Shown: positions 1-13,399 of the stretch, piece after piece | Numbering within the stretch: position 1 is the stretch's first letter | Layout of the letters: every line of letters starts with the position of its first letter | Source of the DNA: Camelus ferus | Taxonomy: Eukaryota | Direction of reading: 5' to 3' | DNA: 64,000 nucleotides | Assembly (NCBI RefSeq): GCF_009834535.1 | Contig: NC_045697.1 | Location: 60,328,001 to 60,392,000 of the forward strand | Notes under the pieces: generated by a model | Told to the model about the DNA's origin: nothing | What the model saw: only the letters and a program-made list of their open reading frames with translations | The model's database searches: none | Made by a program: the position numbers and the translations under genes

Positions 1-164
1 TGAATTTTATTTTCTGTTTCCTAATTATTGCTTAAATTTATTTGCTCATTCTTGCATAAAATAATGTAACATTTACAGTCTATTTTTTAAATGTCTTTTA
101 TTAGTATATGTTACTTGCCAACTATGTATTTAAGGCATTGGATTTGCAAAGAAAGAGTAATATT

Positions 165-295
165 TCTGGTAGAATTCTAAGATGATCCCCAATGACCAAA
201 ACCATCAAATAAAACGTTTGCATTTTAAGTGATCAGGACCTCTGAATATTATGGTTTATCGCTTCCGTGATCAAGTTGTTATATGGCACAAACAG
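165..295 (+). mobile_element. MaLR LTR fragment (MLT1-like, 5' part)
   Basis: ggtagaattctaagatgatcccc...ggacctctgaatattatgg...ttatatggcaca resembles the MLT1 LTR start as recalled. Confidence 0.55.
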
Positions 296-379
296 AAAGT
301 AACCTGACATTTTTAGAGAAGAGAGGAAAGTTATTTTTTTGGCTACTTAAATTGGGCAATTTTTTTAATCCAGAAGAAA

Positions 380-1000
380 AATAGATAAAACAGTATAAAC
401 TCCATGACTTATTTATTCATCAAATTATTATTTCAGTTAGCTATAATTTATAAGATAAATTGTTGGGACTGGCTATTGATGAAAAATTGAAGATAAATTT
501 TAAAAATACATCATCCCAATTTTTGCTCCATTTTGAGTAGAAGTTTTTAAAAAGCTATCCTGAGGTTGCTAAAATTGCTTTAAATTTTTCTTTTGTTCTC
601 ATTCAAATACTTAGATTGTTTTCTCCTATGAGTGATGATAAAATAAGAAAAACTAGAAACCGTTTAGCTATAGAATGTCAGTTGCTGTATCATTGTCATC
701 AAACCAACTTAGATAAGATAAATTGACAAATAAGAAGCAAACTCATCACTTAAAACTTTATATACTGATATACATAATGTTCAAAGTATGCAAATACACC
801 TTAAATATGGATAATTTCATTTCACTAATAGCATCCTATTTATTTGCATTGCAAAAGATCAAATAGCTATGCATATAAAATCATTTTCTGTATATATTGC
901 CTGTGTGTTTATTTTTAATATACATTTTATGAAATGTTTTTATTGTATTTATTGAAATGTAGTTTTAGCATTAAAAATTGAGGTTTATAATTTGAGTGAA
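380..1000 (+). mobile_element. hAT-Charlie DNA transposon fossil (Charlie2-like) with decayed transposase C-terminal dimerization domain
   Basis: Broken frames at ~454-750 give DKLLGLAIDEKLKINFKNT, SYPEVAKIAL, TRNRL and DKLTNKKQTH, matching the Buster/Charlie C-terminal motif pattern; frameshifts present. Confidence 0.75.
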
Positions 1001-2299
1001 CTTTTTGAAATTTCATTCTCTGGTGCTTAGTCATTTTTGTTTTTGTGTAGGTGTGTTTTATAGAAGAATCAATCTATGAAAGATAGTTTCAAGAAATCTG
1101 GCTTTTCTTCATGAATTTGGGAAGCAATATCCTAGATTTAGACACAATTTTTTTAAAGTTATATGCAGAATATATTTTTAAAGTCATGGCTAGGTATGGC
1201 TCCTTAATATAGGGCTGACTCAAGGGCTGGAATAGGATTGAGATGCTAATGGTGGGTCATTCATAGATTTGGTTGTCAAAAGCAAGTAAGAATGGAGGTA
1301 TGAGTTGTATTTGATATTTATTACAAATAAATACAAAAAGCTCGAGAAATAAATATCCTAAAATATATTCAAAGCTGTTCTGAATAAAATCTAAAAGGGT
1401 GAGTATCTAAAGAAACTTCTGAGTTGCACAGGAAGTTCTCTGTTGAGCTCCCTCTAAAAGGGCTAGGAGAGAGTCATAAATGCCAAAAGAGAAATAAAGA
1501 TATAACTCCAGAAGATTCAATTACCTTTACTTGGCTTTTGGAAAAAAGCAGTGAAAACATCAGTAGATTTAAGGATCACCAAAACATTGGCCCCTCAGCG
1601 ATAAAAAGGTATTGTTGGAAAATTCTCAGTGATCCTTAACCACCCTGAAGCCCAAGTAGCCTCTGCAGGTAGACGTCAAGGTAGCAGGAAAGGCAGCACT
1701 GATTTGGTTGCTAGACATTAAAAGATGTGCGTTTCTTAGAATGAGGTGAAAATTTAGGTCTTTGTTGTTTGTTAAAGAGCTAACTTTAACAAAAACAACA
1801 GTCTCAAAGGACGCTTCAAAACTTACCAAGCAGGAATTGTGATGACAATATGCCATGAAGATGGGAGGTGGGAGGTTAGAATTGCACAGCTCACAGTCTG
1901 TGCCAAGGATCAACAGCTGATACGAATTTTAGAAGTGAAAAAATTATCTGGTTAGAAATTTGACTTCAGATTTTTGCATGTGAACCTGCAGCATTTGGAA
2001 GCCCTGGAGCAAGTTTTACTCCAGGAATTTTCTTCTCCTCTCACTTTGACTGCCAGGTCGTGTTAATGAGGGGCAGTCCAGCTTGTGCAGTTCACAAGTG
2101 GTTTCCTAGCATGTGAAGCTCAAGGACAAAACGAAGTCATAGTCTGAGATATGCCAAAAATTAAATCAGATGGCAAATGCCAAAGATGACTCCAGTCCAA
2201 GGAAATGTATGGCCAACAAGGGTCAAATAATGGACTAGAATTAGAAGTAAGGAATAAGAAAAAGTAAGAAATTATAATATTAATAAGAAAGTAACAATG

Positions 2300-2480
2300 A
2301 CAACAGTAATACCTATCATAAATTACTTGTTCTAGGCACTGTCCTAGGCACGTTAGGTATATTAATTCATTTAATTCTCTCTACATATTTAAGGGATGGA
2401 CCTTCTTATTACCAATTTTTTGTTTACAGATATAGAGTTTGAGGTACCGTGAGGATAAAACTTGTTCATATTCAGGTAGA
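2300..2480 (-). mobile_element. MIR SINE
   Basis: ctaggcactgtcctaggc...attcatttaattctc...tttacagat is the reverse complement of the MIR core and 3' end. Confidence 0.75.
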
Positions 2481-3809
2481 GAGAGAAAGGACCAATGTGA
2501 GGTTGGCTTAGAGATGTTTGCCATGGTTACAGGTGTGAAGGTATACTAGGTTCATTTAAAGGGTAAACAATGAAGCAGATAGACCAGATATTTGGATTTA
2601 GTTTGTAAAAATGTTTGAACAGCATACTACTTTGGAATTCATTATTTTTCTCTTCTCAAGTATCTCCGTAACTCCTTCTTTAGTAAGAAAGAATGGTCTA
2701 ATAATTAGAGTTCTTAAAATGCATTTGCCACCATAAGGGTTCATGATGACTACATTGTTGAACATGCTCCTGCAGAATCTGGAAGTCTGTCAAGGGTTGC
2801 TTTAGAGTAGAGTCTTATATTGACTGAGAGATTCTTAAGTGTAACCACTAAGTCAGAGATTCTAAGATCCATGCTTATCCAAGGTCCTTACTGTCTCTCA
2901 AACAAATAGATATGCCTCTAATTAAATATATGACCAATTATATCACAAGTCTTAAAAAAATCTTGTCTTGTGTTGTAATAAGCATGCTCTATGGGATTTT
3001 ACATAAAATTTAGAATAAAAATCACCTACTCAGATACCCTCCCAACCTTCAATGTATTTTCACTTTGCTTAAAGGAACCTTTGCTTAATAAAAGAATAAT
3101 TATATTGAACTTCAATTATGTGTATGTGAAAGAGATGTGAGAGGTTGGCTGCATTGTGTTTCTCATTTCTAATCCAGCTAGCCACTAGTGATTGTTAAAA
3201 GTTGATGTGTAAGTTGAAAACTTCTTCTCATCTCTAGTTGTCAATGTGCCTTGATATCTGTTTTCAAAACATTGCCATTCACTGAGATAGCGCCGGGATA
3301 AAGGAAGCATAAATTTAGGTTTGTCTGCTGGACAATAAGCAGACTTATATTAGGGGGAGAGTGTTAGATATTGAGTTTTGAGTTTACTATGCCGGGGTGT
3401 TTTTATTTTGTTTTGGATTTGAACTTTTTCCATAGGAAATTCTAAACAGTCTTAGGGAATTTTGGAAAGATTTTAGATGGAGTCATAAATTTGCAATGAA
3501 TCTTAGTTATCATCTAGGCAGAGACTAGAAGTGAGTTTTCCCAGAAAAAAAAATGCAGAAAGAGTTGAGACCCTAGGAGGGAACATAAGCTCTAGGGCAT
3601 GGTGGGGAAAGGGACTAGCTTAACTAGGGTCCTCCCTCAGCTGGAGAAGCAGACACATGACTTAGTTATACCATGGAATCCTGGGAGTTAGAGGATGAAG
3701 GTATTTGTCCCATGTCTGGTCAGAGACTTATGGGATTTGAGGTTAAGCAGATTCAGGTTAAATGCTAGTTTCACCATTCCAATGTACTCAGTTTTAGATG
3801 ACTTACTCA

Positions 3810-4455
3810 TGTCAATCTACTGCTCCCAACTGAGCAATTATCAGTTCTTCTCAAATGGTTTTCTCCCATCCTTGCCACTTTTCAAACACGCTATCTGTTT
3901 TCCACACAGGAACTAACAGAATATTTTAAAATGTAACTTAGATTCTGTTATTAATCTTTCTTAAACACTCTTAATAAGGCCCCAAGTCCCTATGTTGTAC
4001 AAACTCTGCATGATCTGCCTTCTCCCCACTTCCCTACCTCCACACCTCAATGACCTGTGCCCTACTCATGCTGTATCAGCCACACTGTCCTTCTCTGCTG
4101 TTCCTTATGCTATCCAAACATACACCTGCCTCAGTGCTTTTGCAATTTGTTTTCTGCCATTAATTCTTCTTCCCAGTTGGCTGCATCTCTCTTCATTTCT
4201 ATTAGGTTTTGTCTCAAATCATATATATAATAGACCCATCCATTCATCACCCTCTAAAATGTTTATCTGTTTAATTTTTTCAGTTGTGCTTATCTTCACT
4301 TGGTGTAGTTCGCATTTACTTTTTTAAGCATTGCCTGTCCTCTCCCACTAAAATGTAAACTCTTTGAGAGCTTTGACTTTGGTTTATTCATTACTATATC
4401 CTCTGTGTCTAGAACAGATCCTGTAAACACTCAATAAACATTTATTGCATGAGTA
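3810..4455 (+). mobile_element. L2 LINE 3' portion
   Basis: Pyrimidine-rich L2 body ending ...cactcaataaacatttattgcatga, the typical L2 terminus. Confidence 0.8.
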
Positions 4456-4712
4456 ATAATAGCTAATGATGATATAGTATTAATCATGTGCCTGACACTG
4501 TTCTAAGAGCCATACATATATCAATTCATTTGATCCTCACAATGAAGATTATGCTACACATACGTACCCCCGTTATTCCTGCTTAGCAATAAGGACACCG
4601 ATGCACAAAACAGTGAAGAAATGTGGTCTAAAGCACATGGCTAGTGAGGGGCTGAGCCAGCGCTATAATCAAGGCAGCCTAGCTCCAGATTTTAAACTTG
4701 TTACCAATGCGG
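4456..4712 (-). mobile_element. MIR SINE, near full length
   Basis: atgtgcctgacactgttctaag...tcatttgatcctcacaa...acatggctagtg...aggcagcctagctccaga. Confidence 0.85.
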
Positions 4713-4767
4713 TAGGATGGATTGATGGATGGATGGCTCTTCCAAAAACAGCTATATAACATTATAT

Positions 4768-4860
4768 ACCCTCTCTAAGCCTCAGTCCCCTTGCCTGTAA
4801 AATGGGAATACTTATAAAATTTTCTACTTCATAATGTTGTAAATGTCAGCTATTAAAATT
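4768..4860 (+). mobile_element. MIR fragment
   Basis: ctctctaagcctcagt...ctgtaaaatgggaata core. Confidence 0.65.
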
Positions 4861-4981
4861 ATGATCAACTCATATATTATTAATATAAGGACATCAATTT
4901 ACCACAATGAGACCTGTTTCTATCACTTTTACTAAATAACATTAGGCCAAATGAATAGTAAGCTTCCCCTGTTGCATCAAT

Positions 4982-5706
4982 AACATAGTTTTAAGAGCAT
5001 GATCTCTGGAGCCAGAATGTCAGGATTAAAATCCAAGTTCTAGCACAGTGTAGGCTACTGTTCATTTACAACTGGACCTGGGAAACTCTGGGGATGCCTG
5101 CATATCTAACTTTGACTATTGGCTAATATAAAGGCAGTGGAATTAATGATTTACTTTTTAAAGTGTAAAACTCCCTTGGTGACACTCAGAGCTGATTTGT
5201 TTATTGGTGGTTTTCATCTGACCTAAGTGGTTAGACATCTCAGCTTGACTAGCTGATCAGAGGGGCATAAAAAGTCCCCACTGGAACTTCTGCCCTGGGC
5301 TGTTCTGAAACCAGGATTCAGGACACAGATCTTAATAGTTTAATGCAGAGACAGCATGCCCATTTGTGCATAAGGACCCTGATAAGATTTTGTCTGGATG
5401 TCTCTCACATTCTCAATGCTTGCATGCATACTCTCATTCTGTACATTTAAATAAACACCTTACTGTGAGTATGCTCTTGGGAGTTTGGTGAGCCCTTTGA
5501 AATATACAAATTTATGAAATCTTTGCAACTAATAATTTCCTGTGTTTTGTTGAACGAGTTAATTTTTCTCCCTAAGCCTCAGTTCCTTCTCTGCAAAATA
5601 GGGAAACTAACAGTATCTCACGTAAAGGAATTATAAAGGTTTAATTTAATTATATATTAATTGCTCAGAAAAGTATGTGATACATAGTAAGAAATAAGTG
5701 TTATTT
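4982..5706 (+). mobile_element. MIR SINE split by an LTR insertion
   Basis: 5' part taagagcatgatctctggagccaga (~4982-5047) resumes at ~5530 with the core cctaagcctcagttcc...aaaataggga and the 3' end acatagtaag. Confidence 0.75.
5049..5527 (+). mobile_element. Solo LTR, ERVL class (MER21/MER76/MER77-like)
   Basis: TG...CA ends, AATAAA near 5450, 3' end actgtgagtatg...gtgagccctttgaaatat typical of this LTR group. Confidence 0.6.
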
Positions 5707-6092
5707 TTATACATGTTGATTTTTTTCAAAGTGATCCTTTTTATAATGGTTTGAATATGTGCTGAGCATAAAGATTATTTAAGGTCACACTTGTAGTCTA
5801 ATCTTGACACTTCCAAAAGTACATTTGAATGTCATCATCTGATTGCGTAGTTTTGTTAAGCTTAAGAATGTGATGAAACCTCACCTATGCATGACCACTA
5901 TTCTAGACTTATCTACCACAATATATCATATTACCTAGAAGAAATGGGCAGCATGGAAAATAACCAGTTGCAGAAATGTCAATTGAGGAATGATCTTTTT
6001 TGGAAGCAATCTTTTCTTTAAATGTAACAAAAATTAGGAATTATAAAATAACAAATTGTTGAACTACCTATTAAAATTTCATTTATCCACAT

Positions 6093-6260
6093 CCTGCCCA
6101 GTCACTTACCAGTTAGGACTTAGAAGAGTGGATTAACATCTCTGTGGCTCAGTTTTCTTCTTTATAAAAATAGAGGAAATAATGGTGCCAATTTAATAAA
6201 TTGCTGTGAGAATTTAATGAGATAGTCTATATAACACACCAAATGCTAAATAGATACCCT
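6093..6260 (+). mobile_element. MIR SINE
   Basis: cacttaccag...ctctgtggctcagttttc...tgtgagaatttaatgaga. Confidence 0.75.
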
Positions 6261-6419
6261 TTTTTCATTTATAATTGGTAATCTGAGAATTTCAGAAAAT
6301 AAAATTTTAAATCATATTTAATAGGATAAGAAAAAATGTTATAAGAAAAAACTAGTAATTTTTCTTAAGTTTACTTACTTATTTTAAATAAAGATACAGT
6401 CAGAAAGTACCCACTATAT

Positions 6420-6685
6420 TATTATTCAGTTATTTTCAGTGCTTATTATGGGTCAGATGGTCTGCTAGATGGTGCAATATAATTTTTGAAAAACAGAGCC
6501 ACAGTCCCTCTAAGATAGCTTACAATAAACCAGTAACTTAAAGTGTGATAGATATCATGAGAGGAGAAATGCCATGCAACAGTAGCATATGTAGAAACAT
6601 ATAAACTATCTGAGAGACTTTAGGAAATAAACCCAAAGAAAAAAATTTTTGAGACATGAAGGATAAGTAGAAATTAATCCTGTGA
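6420..6685 (-). mobile_element. L2 fragment
   Basis: Antisense L2 3' end: agtgcttattatg...cacagtccctc...tgagacatgaaggataagtag. Confidence 0.6.
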
Positions 6686-6879
6686 CTTATAGACACTAGC
6701 ATTTATAGATGTCTAGAAATTTAATACAGGTTTATTTTATGGATTGAGTGTCTGGAGGATCAATCAATTAAAAACGAAGAGTATCATAGCTCAACAAGAA
6801 ATAGTTGATAGTGTATAATTAAAATAAATCAATAAATCAAGTTTTTATGTCATTAAAAAACATGTATAAACATGTTTAT

Positions 6880-8130
6880 ATCCCACATTTTATGCTGCTT
6901 CCTTTACGACTGAAGAACTTCCATTAGAAAGTATTTTAAGCAATTCTGCTGGCAATAAAATTTTAGTATTTCTTAATTTGAGGATGTCTTTATTTCTCCT
7001 TCATTCCTAAAGGATATCTTCACTAAATATAGAATCACGTGTTGGGTTGTCCATCTTTCTCTTTCAGCATTTGAAAAATGTTGTTACTTCCTTCCAGCCT
7101 CCTGTTTTCTGATGAGAAATACCCTGTTGTTCAAGTTGTTACTACCCTGTAGATAATGTATCTTTTCTCTCTGGCTGCTTTCAAGATTTTTCTTTATCTT
7201 TGATTTTAGGAAATTTCACTCTCATGTGTCTGGTTATTGATTTCTTTGGGTTTATCTTGCTTAGAATTCACTAAGTTTCTTGTATCTGTAAACTTAGGTT
7301 TTGAACAAATCTGGGAAGTTTTCAATCATTCTTCAATTTTTTTTCATCTGATTGCTTTTCCTTTTTCTCTTTCTGGAACACCAATGACACAAGTGTTAGG
7401 TCTTTTGTTTTTGTGGTTCCACGAGCCATGTGGAACATGTTAAACTCATTTTTTTTTCAATTTATCTTTACAGTTTAGATTGGATAATTTCTATTGAACT
7501 TCAAGTTTATTGATTTTTTTTGTTGTTGTTGTCTCCATTATGCTACTGAGCTCCTTCAGTGACGTTTTTGTTTTTGTTTTGTATCTTTCAATTATAAAGT
7601 GTCCTTCTAAAGATTTAATTTGAAAACATATGTATTGTCTATTCTTTGGCTGAGATTTTTTCTAACATTTAAATGTGAGTGTTAACAACTGCTTATTGAA
7701 GCATTTTAAAGAATGTGGGTTTAAAATACTTGTCTAATAATTCCGACAACTGTGCCATACTGGTGTTGGCATCTGTAGATTATCTGTTCTCATTTAAATT
7801 GAGATTTTCTTGCTTCTAGTTATTATGATTAATTTTGGATTATATCCTGGCAGTTTAACTGTTGTTATGAGATTCTGGTTCATGTTTAACTCTTCTGGTT
7901 TAACAGGCAGTCAACCTGTTTAGGTTCAAAATGCCACTTATTTAGGTTTTGTGGACTATGTGCACCTGTAAATTTAGTTTTCTAAGTCTTGTTCCACTAT
8001 GTGCTAACCAGAAGCCAGTTTGAAACCTGAGCTGTTTTCCATACCATCAATTAAAGCACTTATTGTGTTCACTTTGGTTAGTTTTATGCATGGGTCACTT
8101 AGAGGTATGTTCAGAATCCTTCCCTCCCCT
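6880..8130 (-). mobile_element. Ancient L1M, ORF1/5' region
   Basis: tctgctggcaataaa...gtctttatttctccttcattcctaaaggata...tctgatgagaaat...ctctggctgctttcaagattt, typical antisense L1 ORF1. Confidence 0.8.
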
Positions 8131-8299
8131 TGATAATTCTTTACCAACTCCCTAGGTGGGAAGGAATGGGTTGACCTCTATGGCTGTCATTTTTTTAGTA
8201 CTTGGAAGAAGTTGTCAACAGGGCTTGTAAACCAATCTCTGCACTTAAACAAATAACAACAATAACAATGAGTGCAAGTACAAACTGCTAAACCTAGAT

Positions 8300-8470
8300 A
8301 ATATCTATAGTTTAACATTGTACTAATGTCAGTTTCCTAGTTTTTTTAATGTATTGTGGTTATATAAGATGTTATCATTGAAGAAATCTGGGTGGAAGTT
8401 ATAAGTGAACACTTTGAATTTTTTTTTAATTTCTAATGAGTCTGGAAATTGAAAATAAACATTTTAAAAT
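8300..8470 (+). mobile_element. L1MC-like 3' end
   Basis: attgtactaatgtcagtttcc...gtggttatataagatgtta...aaaataaa. Confidence 0.7.
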
Positions 8471-8734
8471 AAGTAAGAACTTAGAAAAGTTATGTCTGGG
8501 TATATATATATATATATAATTCTAATGATATATAGAGATCGTCTTAATATAATTATATATATATTTGTGCAACCAATGATAAGAGGTCAGCAATATACTT
8601 ATCTGAATGCAACATTTAATACTACAAAAACTAAATCTACTAAAATAATGTTAATGATGGATAATTCTGGAAGATGGTGTCAGGTAAAGGAAGATTTTCA
8701 CGTATAAAGTTAATGTAATCTTTTATTGCCTCTT

Positions 8735-11700
8735 TTATTAAAGTTAGGTTGAGATATAATTGAGAAAAATGTTCCTGTTTTTGGTGTACAGATCTGTGAA
8801 TTTTGACAAATGCATAATCATGTAATCAACATCACAATCAAAATATAGAATGTTTTCATCACTCTAAAAAATTGCCTCATAACTCTTTGAGGTTAATCCT
8901 TTGCCTCCATTCCAACCCTGGGAAGCATTGTTTACTACTGTCCCATTTATATGTGTGCTTTCTAGAACATGATCAAAATGCAATCATAGATTATGCAATA
9001 TTCTGAGCCTGGTTTTGTTTATATAGCACAATGCGTGAATCTTAAATAGATTTATCCTCATCATTTGATGTATCAGTAGTTCATTCCTTTTTATTGCTCA
9101 GTAGTATTCCATTGTATGGATATGCTCCTTTTCTTCCCATTTACAGTTTACTGAACAATTTAATTGTTTCATGTTTTTGGTGACTATAAATAAAACTTTT
9201 ATAAAACATTTACATACAAGTTTTTGTTTGGACAGATGATTTCATTTCTCTTGGGTAATTACCTGGTAGTGAGGTTGCTGAGTTGTAAGGTATGAATGTG
9301 TTTTACTATATAAGGAATTGCCAACCTCTTTTGCAAAGTAGTTTTACCATTTTGAACTCTCAGCAGCAACACATGAGTGTTCCAGTTGGTCCTTTCGATC
9401 ACCTACACTAAAAATTTTCAGCTTTTTTTTTTAGCTTTGTAAAACTACTTTAACAAGTGTATTACAATAGCTCATTGTGGTTTTAATTTCCATTTCCCTG
9501 ATGAATGATGCTTAGAATCTTTTCATGTGCTTATTTACCATCAACATATCTTCTTTGGAGCTATGTCTATTCAGAGTTTCATCCATTTTTATGTTAGGTT
9601 GTTCCCTATAATTGAGTTTTGATAATTCTTTATGTGCAGAATACCTGTCATTTATGTGTGCTATGTATATATGTGCTTTGTAAATATTTCCTCCTACTCT
9701 GTGCCTGTTCTTTTCATTCTCTTAACCCTTTCAAATAGCAGAACTTTTAAATTTTGACTAAGTCGAATTTATATTTCTTTCTATTTTTGTTTCCTGCTTT
9801 ATGTATATGATCTTAAAAAATCTTTGACTAATGCAACATTGCATTTTCTCCATTATTATTCAGAAATGTTGTAATTTTACATTTTACATTAGATTTATGA
9901 TCCATTCTGAGTTGAGTTATATGGTTCAAGAAAGTACTGTTCTTAGACCTAGGCAGGTGGGGCTCTTGCTCCACCTGGGGGCTGTCCCACACAGTACCAT
10001 CCCCTTCTACTTTTTAGGGCTTTCTTCAAAATGGTCAAAGTACCCCTTAGGTGCCTGAAACAACCCACAGGAGCCTGAATCAGTATTTCTCCCTTCCAAC
10101 ACTTTAACACCTTGATTGGGTCAACCAGATGCCCAGAGGAGCTCTGAGATTTTTGAGTTATGCATAATGCTGAGCCCAATAAATGAGCTTGACTTCAAGA
10201 GCGCAGCTTATTGAGTGAATCACATTCTCTGATTGGCACAATATTTCTTTCACAGGACTGTCTATGAATGATCAGCCAGGGTGTTGCTGACATTTTAATG
10301 TGGGCTGTTTCAAATTGCATGTAGGTAGAGGTCCTGAACCAAAAAAAAAAAAAAAAAAAAGTGTGTTTTCTTTTCTTCAGTGCCCTGTGTATACTCATTG
10401 CAGCTCTGTACAAGATTAAGGTCAAGACTGATGTTTTTTAACCTGTGCCTGGCTAGTTGTTCTGGCACTATTGGTTGAAAAGTCTATCAATTTCCATTGA
10501 ATTACCTTTGTTGAAAATCAATTGAACGTATACCAGTAGGTCTAATTCTTGTCTCTATTCTGTTTGACTTATTTATGAATTTATCCTTTCATCAATACTA
10601 TACTGTCTTCATTATTACAACTTTGTTGTATATTCCATCTCTTCTTTTTTTAAAAAAATTGTTTTTGCTCTTTTGGTTCCTTTGTTTTTCTGCAAAAACT
10701 TAAGCTTCAGATTGAAAATTTCTATTTTTAAATTATCAATTAAAACTTTTAAGTCTAGTGGTATTTTTATTGCAATTGATTTTTTTATTAAATTAAATTA
10801 ATTGCATTCAATTTGTAGCTTGATTGGGGAGAACTGACATCTTTACAATGTTGACCAAGGTGATCTATGAGCAAAGAATTCTGCTGCACTTATTTAGGCC
10901 GTTTTAAATTTAATATAAATGCTTATAATTTCAGTAAAAAAGTATGATTATTATTTCATATTTTTTGAAATTTTATTGTATTTTTAAAATTTTTAAAATT
11001 TTTTATTGTTCTTTGCTAATATAAATAATAATTCTGCAAATTAATCTTAGATCTAATATCCTTGATAATCTAACTTATTATCTGAAAGTATTTTTTATAG
11101 CTTCTTTAAAATGTTTTACATAGAAAATCATGTCAGTTGTAAATAAAAATATTTTTTCTCTTTTTATTCTATATTTATTTTATTAAATTTTTCTTACCTT
11201 ATTGCACTGACTGGAACTTTCAGTACATTACTTACTAAACACCGGTATCTTTACTCTTCTCCTAATATTAAGGGGAACATATCCAGTATTTCACCATAAG
11301 GGTCATGTTACTTCCAATTTCTTCAAGGATGCTCCTTACCTGGTCCAAAAAGTTTACATTAATGCCTACTCCCCTTACAGATTTTTTAATTGATAAATTG
11401 ATGTTGCATTTTGTCAAATGCTTTTTCTGCATCTGTTGAGATAATCATATTTTTTTCCTCTTCAGTCTTTGGGTTCAGAGCTACATTGTTTTTCATATAT
11501 TGAACAATCTTAAATTTCCAGAATAAACTCCACCTTATCATCATATATTATCTGGCTTTTTTTCCCAGTGCCCTGCGTATCTTCAGTATAGCCTGGTGCA
11601 AGATATAGGTCAAGATTGATATTTATCTGAATTTTATTTACTAATATTTTATGGAAGATTTTTGCATTTATATTCATGAAGGTTATTCTACAGTTTTATT

Positions 11701-12100
11701 GTAATTCATTTGTTTGGTTTAAAATCAGGAGAATTCTTATCTCAAAAAAAATCAGTTCAGGGATGTATTCCTACCTCCTCCACCTTCCAGAAGAGATTAT
11801 GTAAAATTGGAATGATTTTTCTTTTAAATAGTAAGTAGAATTAATCAGCAAAATTATCTAGGCCTAGAGATTTCTTTGTGGAAAGGTTTTTAAATATAAA
11901 TTTAATTCTTTAACAATAAGACAGTTTTGATTATTTTTTTTCTTGAGTTTATGTTGATATCTATTTCAAGCAGTTTATACTTCATACACATTGTCAAACA
12001 TATTGGCATAAATTTGTTTTTACGTTCCCCCTAGTTTTCTTTTATTATCTGTAGAATCCTTAGTGATGCCCCACATTTCATTCCTAATTTTGGTGATTGG
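8735..12100 (-). mobile_element. Ancient L1ME-like element (3' UTR and ORF2), interrupted by a hAT insertion
   Basis: ttgagatataatt...ttttgacaaatgcata...attgctcagtagtattccattgtatgga...gctcattgtggttttaatttccatttccctgatga...ttttctgcatctgttgagataatcat, collinear antisense L1. Confidence 0.85.
9932..10408. mobile_element. Non-autonomous hAT-Tip100 DNA transposon (FordPrefect/Zaphod-like)
   Basis: Start aagtactgttcttagacctaggcaggtgggg resembles the recalled terminus CAGTACCGCCCCTAGAC.TGGGCAGGTGGGG; it interrupts the L1; degenerate ~8-bp TSD gttcaaga (9924-9931) / gtacaaga (10408-10415). Confidence 0.65.
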
Positions 12101-12102
12101 TT

Positions 12103-12592
12103 TCTTTCTTTTTTTTTTTTTTTTTAATTTTGAAAGTTAGATTTACAGAAGAGTTTTACGGAGAGTTCCTGTATACTCTTCACTCATCTTCCTCTAAGGT
12201 TAACATTTTACATAGCTATAGCATGATTATCAAAATTAAGACATTGACCCTGGAAAATATTATTACCTAAAATGTTAACTGTATTTCAATGTTTCTTTTT
12301 CTATTCCAGAATCTATCCATAATCTCACCAGGCATTTAGTTGTCATGTCTCTTTGGTCTTCTCCCATCAATGGCAGTATCTCAGTCTTTCTTGGTTTTTC
12401 ATGACCATGGCACATATGAAAATTCTTGGTTGGTTATTTTGTAGAAGTTTCCTAAATTTGATTTGTGTGTTGTTTCTCATGACAAATTTGAGGTAATGCC
12501 TTTTTGACAAGAATATGCAAAAGTGATGTGCCCTTCTCAGTAATTCATATCAGAGATATATATTGTCAATATGTATAACTAGTGATGTTCAG
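12103..12592 (-). mobile_element. L1MC3/4-like 3' end with poly(T)
   Basis: Poly(T), then agatttacagaagagtt...gcatttagttgtcatgtctc...tgcccttctcagt. Confidence 0.8.
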
Positions 12593-12599
12593 CCGTTTC

Positions 12600-13380
12600 A
12601 ACACTTTTGTGCAACAGAGGGTAATTTCTCCATTATCTTTCCCCTCCTTCAGTGTCGAACTGTTGCTTTTTGTTACTTAGTTCTTACCAGAATGGTTTTG
12701 GTGGGAGTAGCCTTGTCTCATGAGTAAGGTTTTCTCAGTGTTTCCTCCCCTCTTCCCCATGAGAGTCAAATTTTGTATCTCTGGTGGGTCTCATGTGGAA
12801 GAGAGTTTGTTCCCCTAGAAGTAGGAGATCTCTAGTCATTTTGATATAGGATCCTGAGCTCTGGAATGTTTCTTGTCTCTCCTCTAAATTTTCTTTCATC
12901 CTTCTTCCACTCTCAATCAAGACTTTACTTGCATTTTGTCAACAGCTGAGTTTGTTCCTCTCTTCCCTGACTAAGGCTTTTTCTCAGTATGAGAGATAAG
13001 CCCAAGAAGAGGGTAGAGTTTAGAACATTTCCAACAGCAGCAGTAAATCCCTTCTTACAGGCACCGAGGGACAGAGGTTCTCTTTGGACTCAACCACTAC
13101 CGCAGTTTTTCTTGTAACCATCTAATGAAGATCTGTGAAAAGGAGCCTGCAACTAAGTGTGAGTTCCCCTATTTTCTGGGGCCCCAGGGGGGTTCTATAC
13201 CATCACTCTAGACCATACTCATTCTTTTCACAATTCTTTAAAACATTAGCTCTATTCTTCTTCACTTAATATCAGTCATGTCTTCCTCCTGTGTTCTGCC
13301 ACACATGAGCCAGTCCCTGGCCTCTCTTCCCTCTCCTTGGAGGAGTCGGTCTCTCTAACTTCATAGTTCTAGCCATTTCT
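12600..13380 (-). mobile_element. Probable ancient L1M 5' UTR-region fragment
   Basis: Pyrimidine-rich and similar to antisense L1MC 5' ends (gagttcccct...ggggccccaggg...ctctagacc); family uncertain. Confidence 0.4.
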
Positions 13381-13399
13381 CATTTACAGAGTTAGATTT

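Noticed and set aside
380..760. Possible domesticated ZBED/Buster-type gene
   Set aside because: Multiple frameshifts and stops; only a fossil C-terminal part remains
3992..4327. 111-aa hydrophobic ORF suggesting a membrane protein
   Set aside because: It lies within pyrimidine-rich L2 sequence, so the hydrophobicity is compositional
9932..10360. Sequence ending in a ~20-nt poly(A), resembling a processed pseudogene
   Set aside because: The A-run is internal to an element with hAT-like termini and an ~8-bp TSD; no mRNA-like ORF
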